A stretch of DNA of 64,000 nucleotides, taken from the IMG/VR virus record IMGVR_UViG_3300005329_000001; one strand, written 5' to 3'. Positions 53,903-64,000 of the stretch are shown here, one piece after another (within the stretch, counting starts at the first letter, position 1; each line of letters starts with the position of its first letter). The DNA is from a virus. Its lineage: Duplodnaviria; Heunggongvirae; Uroviricota; Caudoviricetes. The notes beneath the pieces are model-generated. The model was not told where the DNA came from. It worked only from the letters and a program-made list of their open reading frames with translations, and did not search any database. The position numbers were made by a program, and so were the translations under genes.

Positions 53903-56069
53903 CATCGACACGGCATCGGTCGTCGGCAAGTACCTCTCTCGACAGACCACTGGTACCAGACTCAACTCCGACGCAGACACGGCGACTGAGAATCAGGCCG
54001 TTCTCGAGTCGATCGCTATTGCGCTGCTCCTGAATCCGCAGGCTATTCTGTCGATCTTCTTGAACGCCAAGAATACGCTGCAGCAGCTCATTACGTCCGA
54101 TATCGAGCTCATCGACTACATCACGGCTGCGATCGGCGAGACCCAGAACCCAGATGGTCTTCCGTCGAGCACTGCCGACCTCATCGATGCACAGACAGCT
54201 CTAGTCGAGCTCGATCGTATCGGGCGCATCGACACGAATCTGCAGGCCTACACTCGCTACCAGAATTCAATCAACAATTTCCTCAACAACCAGCTTGCTC
54301 CGCTGCTGAAGAGGAACCCGTCGACCGACTTCAACAGATCAGGGACGGAGGCGAAGCAGGACCTCTTCAACGCCCTCGGCCTCTTCACGCAGACGCACCA
54401 GCTCTTCATCAGCCGGCTGGCAACGCTGTCTGGCGCGATCGCAAGCTACAACGGCATCGACTTGTCGAGAGTGGTGCATACCCAGACCATCGCTCGCGTT
54501 CGAACCTCTCTGCAGCAGATTCAGGCCGGAATGACGAGCGGCGGCATGTCCAATACGGTCGCCGCACTCGAGCTGATGGCAGGCAACGCCTCGCTGCAGT
54601 CGATCTCCAACACCAAGAAGGTCTACGACGACACGATCCCACTGTCCCAGGGCCTCTTCATCGGCCCGGAGCCCACCAGTGCCTTCACCCTGAGCTCTGT
54701 GGGCTCGCCAGACCTCAGCACGGTCGCCTCCCACCCCCACAGCACCTCCATGGGCGCTGACGGCATCTCAGCGCAGTCCTACGAGATACCAGGGGCAAGC
54801 AAGTCGGGGTGCCCGTTCGTCTGCAACAGCCTGGCGCAGGCGAGCTTCAACATCCCTGCCGGTCTGAAGCTCTACGTCGAGGTTACGCCTGGCCCGTCAC
54901 CAGGGTCGGACGGCATAACGCACTACGCCATACCCATCACGTCGGGACCCACCCAGGCCTGGACGGCTGTCATCGCCGACATCAATGCCGTCTTTGGAAT
55001 CACCGGCCCCACTGCGGGGGACTTCTTCCACTCCGACCATGCGATCATCATCTTCGGAAGCAACACGGACACGAGCGTTCGTGTTCGAGGCGCTGGGCCG
55101 GGGACCTTCGATGCGACCACCAACATCTTCACGCCGGACGGGCCGTCGGCGCATGAGATCTTGGGCTTCGCTCCAGACCAGGTCAGTACTCCAATCGACT
55201 CGTTCGATCTGGACTTCCTGACTCGCTTCATCAAGACGAACTACACCCCCACTTTCAACATCTCAGTCGACAGGACGCTCACCAACCAAATCGAGATCAC
55301 GAGTGGGTCGACGATCCCGAATGTGTCCAAGCTCGTCGTCAACAACCCCGTTCTGACCGACTTCGGCTTTACGAGTGCCATCGCCGTACCTCTGGCGATG
55401 CAGATCACCGATGCGACGGGAGCGGTGCAGGACCCGGCGGCATTGGGAGTTCTTGTTGGAAGCATCGTCCACGCAAGTGCCTTCATTCAGACGGTGGTGG
55501 CGATCGATGGTACTCGTATCCTTTTCAACCCGAGTCTTCTGCTGCCTCTGACAAAGAGTGCGGTTCGAGTCGTGGCTCCTGTGGTTGCCGCGGCGCAGAC
55601 ATCCACGACGGTCATGAGCTCGTTCAATGGCCAGTTCAACAACGACTTGCTCCCTCTTCAGGGTCTTCTTTCCCCACTGCTCACGACGCCGAGCCTGGCG
55701 CAGGTCAACGACGCGCTGAGAGCGTTCCAGGTCATCAAGACCCGCCTCAGCAACCTGTTCACGCAGCTCTCCTCGATCGTCATCTCGGAGGCCCAAGAGC
55801 CAGCAGATGCGACGGCGCAAAGCATCCTGAAGACGCTCGAGGAGCGAGGTCTCGACCGGGCTCAGGACCTGCTAACCCAGTGCCTCTTCTCTGACTTCTT
55901 CGGCCTCACATCTGAGGACGCCTCAAAGAGCACCCGCTTCATGAAGTCCATGGAGACTGTGGTGACGACAGACCTGCCGACGAGCACGGTCGAGGAATAC
56001 CTCCCGGATGGCAACCTCTTGGCGGGCGCCAATCCCACAAGTATTCTGACCAACAAAGAAGTGCCGTAG
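53874..56069 (+). CDS. Large putative structural protein (731 aa)
   Basis: ORF track. GTG-ATG start. Confidence 0.55.
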   Translation: MMKRVRMATSIDTASVVGKYLSRQTTGTRLNSDADTATENQAVLESIAIALLLNPQAILSIFLNAKNTLQQLITSDIELIDYITAAIGETQNPDGLPSSTADLIDAQTALVELDRIGRIDTNLQAYTRYQNSINNFLNNQLAPLLKRNPSTDFNRSGTEAKQDLFNALGLFTQTHQLFISRLATLSGAIASYNGIDLSRVVHTQTIARVRTSLQQIQAGMTSGGMSNTVAALELMAGNASLQSISNTKKVYDDTIPLSQGLFIGPEPTSAFTLSSVGSPDLSTVASHPHSTSMGADGISAQSYEIPGASKSGCPFVCNSLAQASFNIPAGLKLYVEVTPGPSPGSDGITHYAIPITSGPTQAWTAVIADINAVFGITGPTAGDFFHSDHAIIIFGSNTDTSVRVRGAGPGTFDATTNIFTPDGPSAHEILGFAPDQVSTPIDSFDLDFLTRFIKTNYTPTFNISVDRTLTNQIEITSGSTIPNVSKLVVNNPVLTDFGFTSAIAVPLAMQITDATGAVQDPAALGVLVGSIVHASAFIQTVVAIDGTRILFNPSLLLPLTKSAVRVVAPVVAAAQTSTTVMSSFNGQFNNDLLPLQGLLSPLLTTPSLAQVNDALRAFQVIKTRLSNLFTQLSSIVISEAQEPADATAQSILKTLEERGLDRAQDLLTQCLFSDFFGLTSEDASKSTRFMKSMETVVTTDLPTSTVEEYLPDGNLLAGANPTSILTNKEVP

Positions 56070-56081
56070 TATAGGGTCGCC

Positions 56082-56435
56082 ATGGCGTCGGAAGACCTCC
56101 TACCGAACGAGACTGTCGAGCAGTCGAACGACGAGCTCTCAAAGTCGGACCAAATTCGGCAGGCAATTGCCGATACCTACACGTTCGTCCGTTCGAGGGA
56201 GATCAATACAACCTTCGCCAGCTTCACCTTGGACCACTACATCGACGAGGCGAAGCGGCAAATCAAGGGTGACGATCGGCTTCTCCGCGATGCGAGCGGA
56301 GAGGACTCTCTGGCCGTAGGAACGCGCCCAACCCAGCTCGAAGCTCTTGCATCTCTGCAACAGGCGTTCAGTGATGCATTCGACGACGCCAAGAAGCTGG
56401 CTGAGGCCGCCGATCAGAAAGGTCAGTCGGGATGA
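56082..56435 (+). CDS. Hypothetical acidic protein (117 aa)
   Basis: ORF track. Confidence 0.45.
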   Translation: MASEDLLPNETVEQSNDELSKSDQIRQAIADTYTFVRSREINTTFASFTLDHYIDEAKRQIKGDDRLLRDASGEDSLAVGTRPTQLEALASLQQAFSDAFDDAKKLAEAADQKGQSG

Positions 56436-57085
56436 CGGACATCAAGATCATCGCCATCAAGGACATCCTCAAGATCACGATGGTCCAGGTCGTGCCGAAC
56501 TTCTTTCCGAAGACGCTGGACATTCAGGGTCTCGAGTTCCTCCAGGCGACGAGCGTCGAGATCAACCAAATCGAGGCGCCGGAGTTCATGGTGCTTTCGG
56601 ACACTCGCCTGCTGGCCCAGATCCCGAACGGTCAGCAGAACTCCATCATCAGTACGATTGGAGTCTTCGCCGAGAAACCCTCTCCCACGAGAAGCAGCGT
56701 CTTCCTCTTCGAAGTGGGGCGAAGCATCAAAGGCCTCAGCGGCATCGAGCGGCTTGTGCAGATGTTCACCAAGCTGGCCCTGCAGACACCAGGGAAGGAC
56801 AAGTTCCGCCCCACGCTGGGAGGTGGACTCATGGCGTTGGCTGGGCAGAACGTCGTGGTCAACTCCCAGACCTCCCTGTCTTCGCTGGCCGTTTCTGCCA
56901 TCGCCCGCACCAGGGACCAGGTCATCTCTCTTCAGAACCAGGTTCCTCGCATTCCGCCTGACGAGAGACTCCTCAGCGCAGACGTGCTCAACGTAGGATA
57001 CGACACCAACTCGACGACCCTTGCTATGCGGGTCGGCATCACGGCACAGTCTGGGCAGCAGGCTGTCACGAATCTGACTTTCTAG
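56432..57085 (+). CDS. Hypothetical protein (217 aa)
   Basis: ORF track. Coupled start. Confidence 0.5.
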   Translation: MTDIKIIAIKDILKITMVQVVPNFFPKTLDIQGLEFLQATSVEINQIEAPEFMVLSDTRLLAQIPNGQQNSIISTIGVFAEKPSPTRSSVFLFEVGRSIKGLSGIERLVQMFTKLALQTPGKDKFRPTLGGGLMALAGQNVVVNSQTSLSSLAVSAIARTRDQVISLQNQVPRIPPDERLLSADVLNVGYDTNSTTLAMRVGITAQSGQQAVTNLTF

Positions 57086-57093
57086 GAGAACCG

Positions 57094-60000
57094 ATGGCGT
57101 CCTCGGACGATCTGAAGAACTTCGTCGAGAACCTCCTCACGTCGTATGATCCGACGATCGACCTCTCTCCCGGCTCGCCGGCGGAGACCCAGATCGTGCA
57201 GCCCATCCTCGATAGGTTTGCTGCCGACCCGTTTGCGACGGATATCCCGACCTTCCTGCGTGATCGCCTCCTCCAAGAGTTCCCAGCTCTGGCGGCAGAC
57301 AATGGCGGGCAGCTCGAAGATCTCATCACTAACCCGATGCAGATGTTCCTGGAGCCCTTCAAGAGGGAAATCCAGACGGTCAAGACCAACCAGTCGGTGG
57401 TGAATGCCGAGCTGATGGCTGACTCCGAGGCAGATGCCCTCGGTGCGAACTTCTTCGAGCCCCGTGAGGCGGGTGACTTCTCCGGCGGTTTGGTGCGCCT
57501 CTACTTCGCCGCCCCCGTGACGGTGAACGTCACGACCGACAAGAAGATCTACACGAACACGGGTCTCAACTTCTTCCCGGTCGAGAACTTCAAGATCACC
57601 ACCGCGCAGATGCTCTTCAATCGTCAGGGCAACCTCTACTTCATGGACATCACCGTCCAGGCAGAGAATCCCGGCGACCAGTACAACGTTGCTGTCGGTG
57701 CGATCGCCAACATCGACGACGTGCCCGGCGTGGTGAAGGTCTCGAACCTCTCCGCGTTCACGGACGGAAATCCTCGCGAAGACAACGCCACCTACCTCGG
57801 GCGCATTCCGCAGGCCCTCACCGAGCGCTCCCTCGTCACCCAGCGTGGTATCGAGGCTCGCATTCCCGACCTCTTCACGTCGGTTCGGGCGCTCAGCATC
57901 ATCGGTGCCGGCGACCCGGGAATGGACCGGGACATCCTCAAGGGCACGAGTGAGGGCTTCCTCCATCTCGCAGGCAGTGCGACCTACTACGGTGAGTGGC
58001 TCATCATCTCGAACCTCATTTATCGAGATGGTGGACCAAACGGCGATATCGTCATCCAAGCGGGAGATCTCGTTCGCTTCAAGCCGAGCTCTGGTAGCAC
58101 GGTCTACGAAGCGCACATCTCAGTGGTGGTGCCGGCCACGACGCTGGCGGCATCGACAGAGTACATCCTCATTCTGGATACGACTCTGCCGGTGACTGCC
58201 CCAAGCAGCGGCTCGTTCGCGCTTTTCAAGAGCGGCTTCATCACCATCTCGGAAGTGCCGGGAGGCATTGCCTCCAACGTTCAGGTCGCTGATGGCACCG
58301 TCCATCTTGGCGGTCACACGGACGTCTTCGTTCGCCCCAACAGCGATACGACGCTTCAGGACAGCCTCCCCAACATCACCGACGACAGTCCTGTCTTGGC
58401 GATCGCTGGCAACGCGGCTTCGAACTTCCGCATCAACGGCTCGACTGGTAGCCCAACCAACATCGCGTTCAGCGGTGGAACGTCTCCCATCGACTTCGTC
58501 CAGGCTGGCGTCCAAGTAGGAGACATCGTCATCATCGAGACGTCTGCCTTGGCCGGCTCCTACCGAGTCCTGGCGATCAACGATCCCGACGAGTTCAGCC
58601 TTCGTCTGGATACGCTCTTCACGCAGACCCAGACACAGCTTCGCGCCCGAATCGTTCGGAACATCCACATCGACCTGGTCGAGCCGAAGATTCCCAAGCT
58701 CCCGTTCGATACCGGCTCTGTCTCGGACTTGAGCACGACCGTCGGTTCGAAGCTCTTCCGACTGACGACCATCAACATCCAGTCGTTCGGGGCAGTGGTG
58801 GGCGATACCATCCGTGTGTTGGATGGACCAGATGCGGGGGACTTCGCCATCACCGGGTTCGACACGGTGCTGGGCGGGCAGGGCCCCATCGTCGACCGCG
58901 CAGCCGGCGCCTCGACAGCGAACCTCCGCTACGAGGTGTTCACGCCGTCGCCGGGCCTCACATTGCCCTTGGTGCGCATCAAGGGGATCGAGATCCTCGA
59001 CTCGACCAACCAAGGCACGGGCATCACCGTCCCGTACGGTGACGCGGTCGATATTCGACCGACCTGCGACTTCCAGGGTGCTGCGAACGAGGTGCGGGTC
59101 CTCGACAGCCAGATCTTCATCTTCCCGGATGCGACCGGTTTGTGGCCGCTCTCGAACACTGGTGTCACGCCAGGGGCGAATCACGACGCTCGCTACTCTC
59201 AGGAGATCCAGAGCTTCGACGGTTTCTACCGACCCATCACGACCCAGAACGGTGGCAACCCCATCACGCAGAACGAGGTGAACATCCCTCCGTTCCTCTA
59301 CGATGGGAATCGCAACAAGCTGCTGGCGTTCACAACGAGGAAGGACCCGAACTTCACCGCTTTCCCGGGTGGAGACAACCGAACGAGTGATGTTGCAGAG
59401 GCGAAGATCGGAGACTCGCTGACCATCCTCGATGGGCCGAATCAGGGCTCGTACCTCATCACCGATCTCCGCGTCCTCGACATGTGGTCGGTGACAGACG
59501 CCGGCCACCAGAAGATCGCGGTCGTGCAGGTCGACCCTCCGTTCCCCGTCGATCCGGTCAAGACGATGATGAATCTCATCGCCGCAGTGACGCCGGGAAG
59601 TGCCATCACCGGTACCGATCTTTTGAAGACGATTCAGTACTCAACGGACTTCTTCAATGGAAGCGGGTTCTGGAGTCTGCTGCAGGGTCGTCTGCAGGCG
59701 GTGATGACGGCGTTGTCGATCACCATTTCGAATGGCGATCTCAACGCACTGACGAAGAGCTTGTCCTTTACGGGCTACTCCGTCGGACCGTCCGCCAGAG
59801 GCACACTGCGTGTCTACTTCCAGGAACCTGTCTCTGCTGAGTTCCGGTCTGGCATCAATCCGACCCGCTTCGTCGATCTTCTGCAGCCGAGTCGTGTCTT
59901 CCGGCTGGACCCAGTTCTGCCGGACGCTCAAGTGTTGCCGGAGTCGGAGACTCAGACACCTCCGTCTCAGTGGAGCCGGAACACCTCTGAGCGCTGGTTT

Positions 60001-61803
60001 GTGAACGGAGGCTCGCCGGACGCCAACGCCTTCATCACGACCGGCTCGGCTTACATCAAGAGAGGCGTCGAAGACGGAGACGAGTACGAGTACTACCCGG
60101 CCATCAATGACTTCCCGGCTCGAGACCAGATGCAATCGAGCTGGGTCTGCGTGACGCAGGCTGGCTCAAATGTCATCACGGTCCTCTTGCCAGCCGTTCC
60201 TGGACACCTGACGTTCATTCAACCGGGGCAGCTCTTCTTCATCGATAGCGGTCCCGACATCGGCGCCTACAACATCACCGAGGTGATCACCGACGAGCTC
60301 GACGGCAGCGGTGCCAATCCCGATCGGCCGGTGGTGCAGTTCCGCATCGACAAGACGATGACGCACTCGACGGCGGGCGTGCCGGGCAGCCTCGATCTAT
60401 CGCCAACGGCGCGACCGGCAATGCCGAGCGACTTCAGCACTGGAACGACCCGAGTCATCTCTTCGCAAGCGCGCCTCTACCACCCGTCGTTTGCATCGGC
60501 CGCATCACCGAACGTCGACTGGGTGTCCATCTACGCGGTGGCTAATACGACTGTCGAAGAGTTCGGGGACGACGTGGCCTACCTCGGAACCTTCTTGGTC
60601 ATCGATCAGCAGTCGGATATCAACGGCGACTACGTGGTCTTGGACCGCTCACCTGCGTTTCCCGACGCGTCCACGTCGCCAGCGACAGCCTATCCGAGCA
60701 CGGCTCAGGTCTTCTGGATTCTCCACAGTGCGCCCGATGCTACGCCTACGTCGACCTCTGGCGGAGGGACGGCCCTCTCCAATCAGTACGTTCGCTGCCG
60801 TCTCTACGATTCGGTTCCGCAGACTCGGTTTGTGAACATTCCTTGGTCGTCGGGAAACCCGCTCATCGATCACATCCCGGACCTATTGCCGTCGGACCCG
60901 AATTACACGGCCAGCTCTGAGCAGATCAAGCTGAAAGACAAGACTGGCGCGGATAGTCCCATCAGCAGCTCGGGTAACTTCCTAGGCCTCACAAACCAGT
61001 CGTTCTATGAGCATTGGTCTCCTTATCGAGTGCTGCGCCAAGGCATCCACAAGATCTCCTCGACGGCGATGGCTCTGCAGCGAGAGGGGGCTCTCTACTT
61101 CGTCGATCTACCGGCGGTTGGGTACGGGCCGCAGTCTGAGATGAACATCGCCGAGGACACGGCGCTCGGCATCAAGGAGAACGCCAAGATCGATGGTTAC
61201 CAGCTCGTGGTGGACAACAGCATCTTCACATTCTCCGACCAAGAGCAGGTCTCGATCGTCATCCCGCCGTCAATCTTGCCGGTCGGCTCGACGCCTGGAA
61301 TCGTCAATGAAATCGACCTGGCAGGGCAGACGATTCAGATCACCTACGACAATGCGCCGCTTGCAGAGGAACTGCAGAGGTTCTTCAACTCGCCTCTGGA
61401 TCGCGTCGTGGTGGCGAACTACCTCATCCGCCATTTCTTGCCAGCGTACGTCTTCCTCGATGTGGCCTACGTGGGCGGTAGCGACACGAGCGTTGTGGCG
61501 AAGGATCTCATCAACTACATCAATACGGTTCCGCCGTCGGTCAATCAGTTAGTGGCAAGCCAGGTCGAGAACATCGCTGTTCGTCGTGGGGCGACGAAGG
61601 TGACTCTACCTCTCACGCTCATCGCGCTCGTTCACGACATCGATAGGAAGATCCGTGGTCTTCGGTCCAAGAATGCGATTGGCGCTGGAGACGTCCCTAT
61701 CTTCAACGGGACATACGCTCAGACGTACTTCATCGCCGGGCCAGATACGTCGAACACGCAGCCGAGGCCGGACGGTGAGCAGGTGTTTTTGACAAGGACC
61801 TAA
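57094..61803 (+). CDS. Very large putative structural protein (1569 aa)
   Basis: ORF track. Confidence 0.55.
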   Translation: MASSDDLKNFVENLLTSYDPTIDLSPGSPAETQIVQPILDRFAADPFATDIPTFLRDRLLQEFPALAADNGGQLEDLITNPMQMFLEPFKREIQTVKTNQSVVNAELMADSEADALGANFFEPREAGDFSGGLVRLYFAAPVTVNVTTDKKIYTNTGLNFFPVENFKITTAQMLFNRQGNLYFMDITVQAENPGDQYNVAVGAIANIDDVPGVVKVSNLSAFTDGNPREDNATYLGRIPQALTERSLVTQRGIEARIPDLFTSVRALSIIGAGDPGMDRDILKGTSEGFLHLAGSATYYGEWLIISNLIYRDGGPNGDIVIQAGDLVRFKPSSGSTVYEAHISVVVPATTLAASTEYILILDTTLPVTAPSSGSFALFKSGFITISEVPGGIASNVQVADGTVHLGGHTDVFVRPNSDTTLQDSLPNITDDSPVLAIAGNAASNFRINGSTGSPTNIAFSGGTSPIDFVQAGVQVGDIVIIETSALAGSYRVLAINDPDEFSLRLDTLFTQTQTQLRARIVRNIHIDLVEPKIPKLPFDTGSVSDLSTTVGSKLFRLTTINIQSFGAVVGDTIRVLDGPDAGDFAITGFDTVLGGQGPIVDRAAGASTANLRYEVFTPSPGLTLPLVRIKGIEILDSTNQGTGITVPYGDAVDIRPTCDFQGAANEVRVLDSQIFIFPDATGLWPLSNTGVTPGANHDARYSQEIQSFDGFYRPITTQNGGNPITQNEVNIPPFLYDGNRNKLLAFTTRKDPNFTAFPGGDNRTSDVAEAKIGDSLTILDGPNQGSYLITDLRVLDMWSVTDAGHQKIAVVQVDPPFPVDPVKTMMNLIAAVTPGSAITGTDLLKTIQYSTDFFNGSGFWSLLQGRLQAVMTALSITISNGDLNALTKSLSFTGYSVGPSARGTLRVYFQEPVSAEFRSGINPTRFVDLLQPSRVFRLDPVLPDAQVLPESETQTPPSQWSRNTSERWFVNGGSPDANAFITTGSAYIKRGVEDGDEYEYYPAINDFPARDQMQSSWVCVTQAGSNVITVLLPAVPGHLTFIQPGQLFFIDSGPDIGAYNITEVITDELDGSGANPDRPVVQFRIDKTMTHSTAGVPGSLDLSPTARPAMPSDFSTGTTRVISSQARLYHPSFASAASPNVDWVSIYAVANTTVEEFGDDVAYLGTFLVIDQQSDINGDYVVLDRSPAFPDASTSPATAYPSTAQVFWILHSAPDATPTSTSGGGTALSNQYVRCRLYDSVPQTRFVNIPWSSGNPLIDHIPDLLPSDPNYTASSEQIKLKDKTGADSPISSSGNFLGLTNQSFYEHWSPYRVLRQGIHKISSTAMALQREGALYFVDLPAVGYGPQSEMNIAEDTALGIKENAKIDGYQLVVDNSIFTFSDQEQVSIVIPPSILPVGSTPGIVNEIDLAGQTIQITYDNAPLAEELQRFFNSPLDRVVVANYLIRHFLPAYVFLDVAYVGGSDTSVVAKDLINYINTVPPSVNQLVASQVENIAVRRGATKVTLPLTLIALVHDIDRKIRGLRSKNAIGAGDVPIFNGTYAQTYFIAGPDTSNTQPRPDGEQVFLTRT

Positions 61804-62099
61804 GTGCCAAGGGGCTGATCCGGCCCCTTCACTTCAATCTTCGTGTTGGGCTCGAACTCGCACCCGCAAGTGCGGCACTTAGCTAAAAAATTGGGCAGTA
61901 TGGCGTTGCCGCGGAAGAGCTGTCGAGTGTTCACGATCGGCATGACCTCACTCCCGCAGCGATAGCAGGAGAGGCTCTTGAAGAACCTCTGGTGCTCTTC
62001 GAGGGCTGGCTGCAAGATGTTCTTGTGTCCCTCCAATGCCTTGCGGACATCCTCGGGCTTCATCTCCTGGAACACCATTGTTGACCGGCGCTTGTCCAC
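61800..62099 (-). CDS. Small zinc-ribbon protein (99 aa) on the minus strand inside the structural block
   Basis: Motifs CYRCGSEV...CRTCGCEF. GC3-rich codons. The start is uncertain. Confidence 0.4.
   Translation of the reverse strand: MDKRRSTMVFQEMKPEDVRKALEGHKNILQPALEEHQRFFKSLSCYRCGSEVMPIVNTRQLFRGNAILPNFLAKCRTCGCEFEPNTKIEVKGPDQPLGT
61808..61828. terminator. Hairpin AAGGGGC-tgatccg-GCCCCTT between convergent genes
   Basis: 7-bp perfect stem immediately 3' of the 57094..61803 stop. There is no clear U-tract. Confidence 0.3.
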
Positions 62100-62149
62100 G
62101 TCGGTAGACTACCACAGCAAGTACATACTCGATGAAGGAGATAGACCGC

Positions 62150-64000
62150 GGTGACCCTCTTCATCAGCAATCCTTCTCGAGGCGGTGCAGCTCCTTCTGC
62201 CGCCGGTGACCCAGTAGGGGTGAAGGCGACGGACCCGATCCAGGTCTCTCTTCGAGACGACTCTTCGTTTGTCGACATCACCGACATTCAAGTCGATGTC
62301 GGCTACTCCCGGGCGCACGCTCTTGGTACCGGCGGCACTTTCGATCTTCAACTGCCGCGGACCAAGCTGGGATCGATCTTCAATCCCGGCCAGTTCCCAG
62401 CCAACACAACCATCGCCACAGTTGGGTCAGAGGTCCAGGTCACCAAGACAAGCGGGCAGCCGGGCGCCTCGGTCTACTTCACCTCTCTTGACCGCGGCGA
62501 CGCACTCGATATGAGTGCTGTCTTCACCTCCGTCTTCCACGTCATCACAGCCAGCACCTATGCCCCGAGCGACCCGATCGGTCCGGTGATCGGCCTCGAG
62601 CACGGTCCGAGAAACACAGCGGTCTACTGCTTCTTCACGGATGACGGCGTCACCAAGAAGATCCGCATCTGCGGCCCCTCCACTCTTGGAGTGCGGGCCC
62701 CGGATACGTCGGTGACGTACGACTGGAGTACCAACCCAGAGAACCAGTACGTCATCTTCTGGAACGAGGCGAAGAAGCAAGTCGAGGTCTGGGTCGACAA
62801 CACGGCAGGTGCGGGCGGCATCGGGACAACGACGCAGCTTGCCGCAATTCCCATCGACCAGTTCCAGCCGTTCTCAGGAGTTTCCGTCCCGGCGGGTGGG
62901 GCGAACGACATCACTGGCATCTACGGAGTGGAGGGGAGCTCAGGAACGTCGGCTGGCATCGCCGGCGTGGCGGTTGGTACCGATGCCGGGTTCCCCTTCA
63001 TCAATGGCGGGCGTACAGGCGGCTGGAAGACGTACCTCGACACGGACATCAGCGTCGGGTTCTCTGGTACCGTCAATCCTACGAGGCAGCCGAGAGGTGG
63101 GGCGTGGTTCAAGGCAACAAGCAACCTCGACGCGGCGGGTCAAATCATCCCATCGGCAGGCGGGTACTGCAGGCTGCTGAAGAACACTCCTGCGAAGAAC
63201 TTCAGCATCTTCAGGAGCGACCCCGGATTCGCAAGAACGGCGACGGACGGAATTCTGCTGGAATTCAAGTGTGCTACGTCGACGAGTGGTGGGGTTGGTT
63301 TTGAGACTGGAGCGGCAATCCAGATCTCGGACGGCACAAGCTTGTTCGAGCTCGACTTCTTGTTCGACGGGGCGACCCACAATATCGGACTCTTGAAGAA
63401 CGGAGGTAATCCGAGCACGCCGGCGGATCACTTCCTCTCGACCACGCCGATCGACTACACCCTCAGAACGCTACGGCTCGTCATCGATCCAAGGCGAGGT
63501 CTCATCGACCTGTTCGATGCCGCGGATTTGACGACCCCTCTCGTCACGTGGCCTCTTGATCGAATGCAACTGCCCTCGGCAGCTACGACGCAGATCGCTG
63601 TTGGACTGCCCATTACCACTACGCAGGCTGTTGGGGCGTTCGACCTCTACAGCCTGAAGTACTCGTACATCTACCAAGCCTGGGAAGTGCGAGACATAGT
63701 TCTGCCTACGGGGGCAAATCCGGCGTTCGCTCAGAGCTCGTCCGGGACGGCTGGGGGACCGCTGAATGAGGCTGTGATGCCTGGAGTTCTCCCGCTGCCT
63801 TACACCTCCGGGGGTGGAGGTGGTGGATCTGGTACGGCTTTGCTCGAGGCGGACGGCCTTCACATTATCTGCGCCGGTGGAGCCCTGCTCTACTATACCC
63901 GCGCCGCTTTCATCGACGTGAACAGAGGTGGCGTTGTCGAAGTGGGCATGAAGGTCGATGCGTGGCACGAGCTCGAGCGGACTGGGGCGTACGTCATCCT
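62150..64000 (+). CDS. Large putative structural protein (at least 617 aa), 3'-truncated by the window end
   Basis: I translated from GTG at 62150 (RBS GAAGGAGA, preceded by an in-frame TAG). The frame stays open to the window end. It is not in the ORF track because it has no stop. Confidence 0.55.

Overview
This window is a GC-rich (about 60%), densely packed segment that looks like part of a large phage genome. Host chromosome or a prophage inserted at ssrA seem unlikely, because phage-type genes lie on both sides of the tmRNA and no integrase is visible. I see no terminase, portal, capsid, sheath, tube or integrase genes, so the window is probably an internal piece of a replicon larger than 64 kb.

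The window has two arms, and the arm boundary is marked by a one-piece tmRNA gene (17974-18334, minus strand) plus a stand-alone CheY-like receiver.
- Left arm (1 to about 18 kb), almost all on the minus strand, auxiliary functions: a GHKL-type ATPase (5' partial), a double-zinc-ribbon membrane protein, ThyX with an unusual C-terminal HTH extension, a calcineurin-like phosphoesterase, a SpoU/TrmH RNA methyltransferase, a full-length major vault protein (MVP) homologue, a 2H phosphoesterase, a LigD-type 3'-phosphoesterase fused to an ATP-dependent ligase, a PurA/PurZ-family adenylosuccinate-synthetase homologue, a vWA protein, a J-domain fused to a degenerate Hanks pseudokinase, and a complete lysis cassette (holin, lipoprotein, papain-like C1 peptidase, lipoprotein, M15 peptidase endolysin with a peptidoglycan-binding domain).
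- Right arm (about 18.6 to 64 kb), mostly plus strand: first roughly 30 small early-type genes (many zinc-ribbon, RHH and SWIM proteins, GroES), a minus-strand island carrying a second ATP-dependent ligase bracketed by terminators, then a block of very large virion-type proteins (1124, 537, 428, 1124, 2270, 731 and 1569 aa) that includes a sigma-70-family factor.

The most unusual items:
- the vault-protein homologue;
- the PurZ candidate, implying possible 2-aminoadenine (Z) DNA;
- an RNA end-healing and sealing toolkit together with the tmRNA;
- the J-domain pseudokinase with vWA operon;
- a 2270-aa secreted repeat and glycine-rich fibre;
- a coding-like segment without a start codon downstream of a fibre gene, which may be expressed by frameshifting.

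Coordinates I derived by hand may be off by 1-2 nt. Coordinates copied from the ORF track are exact.
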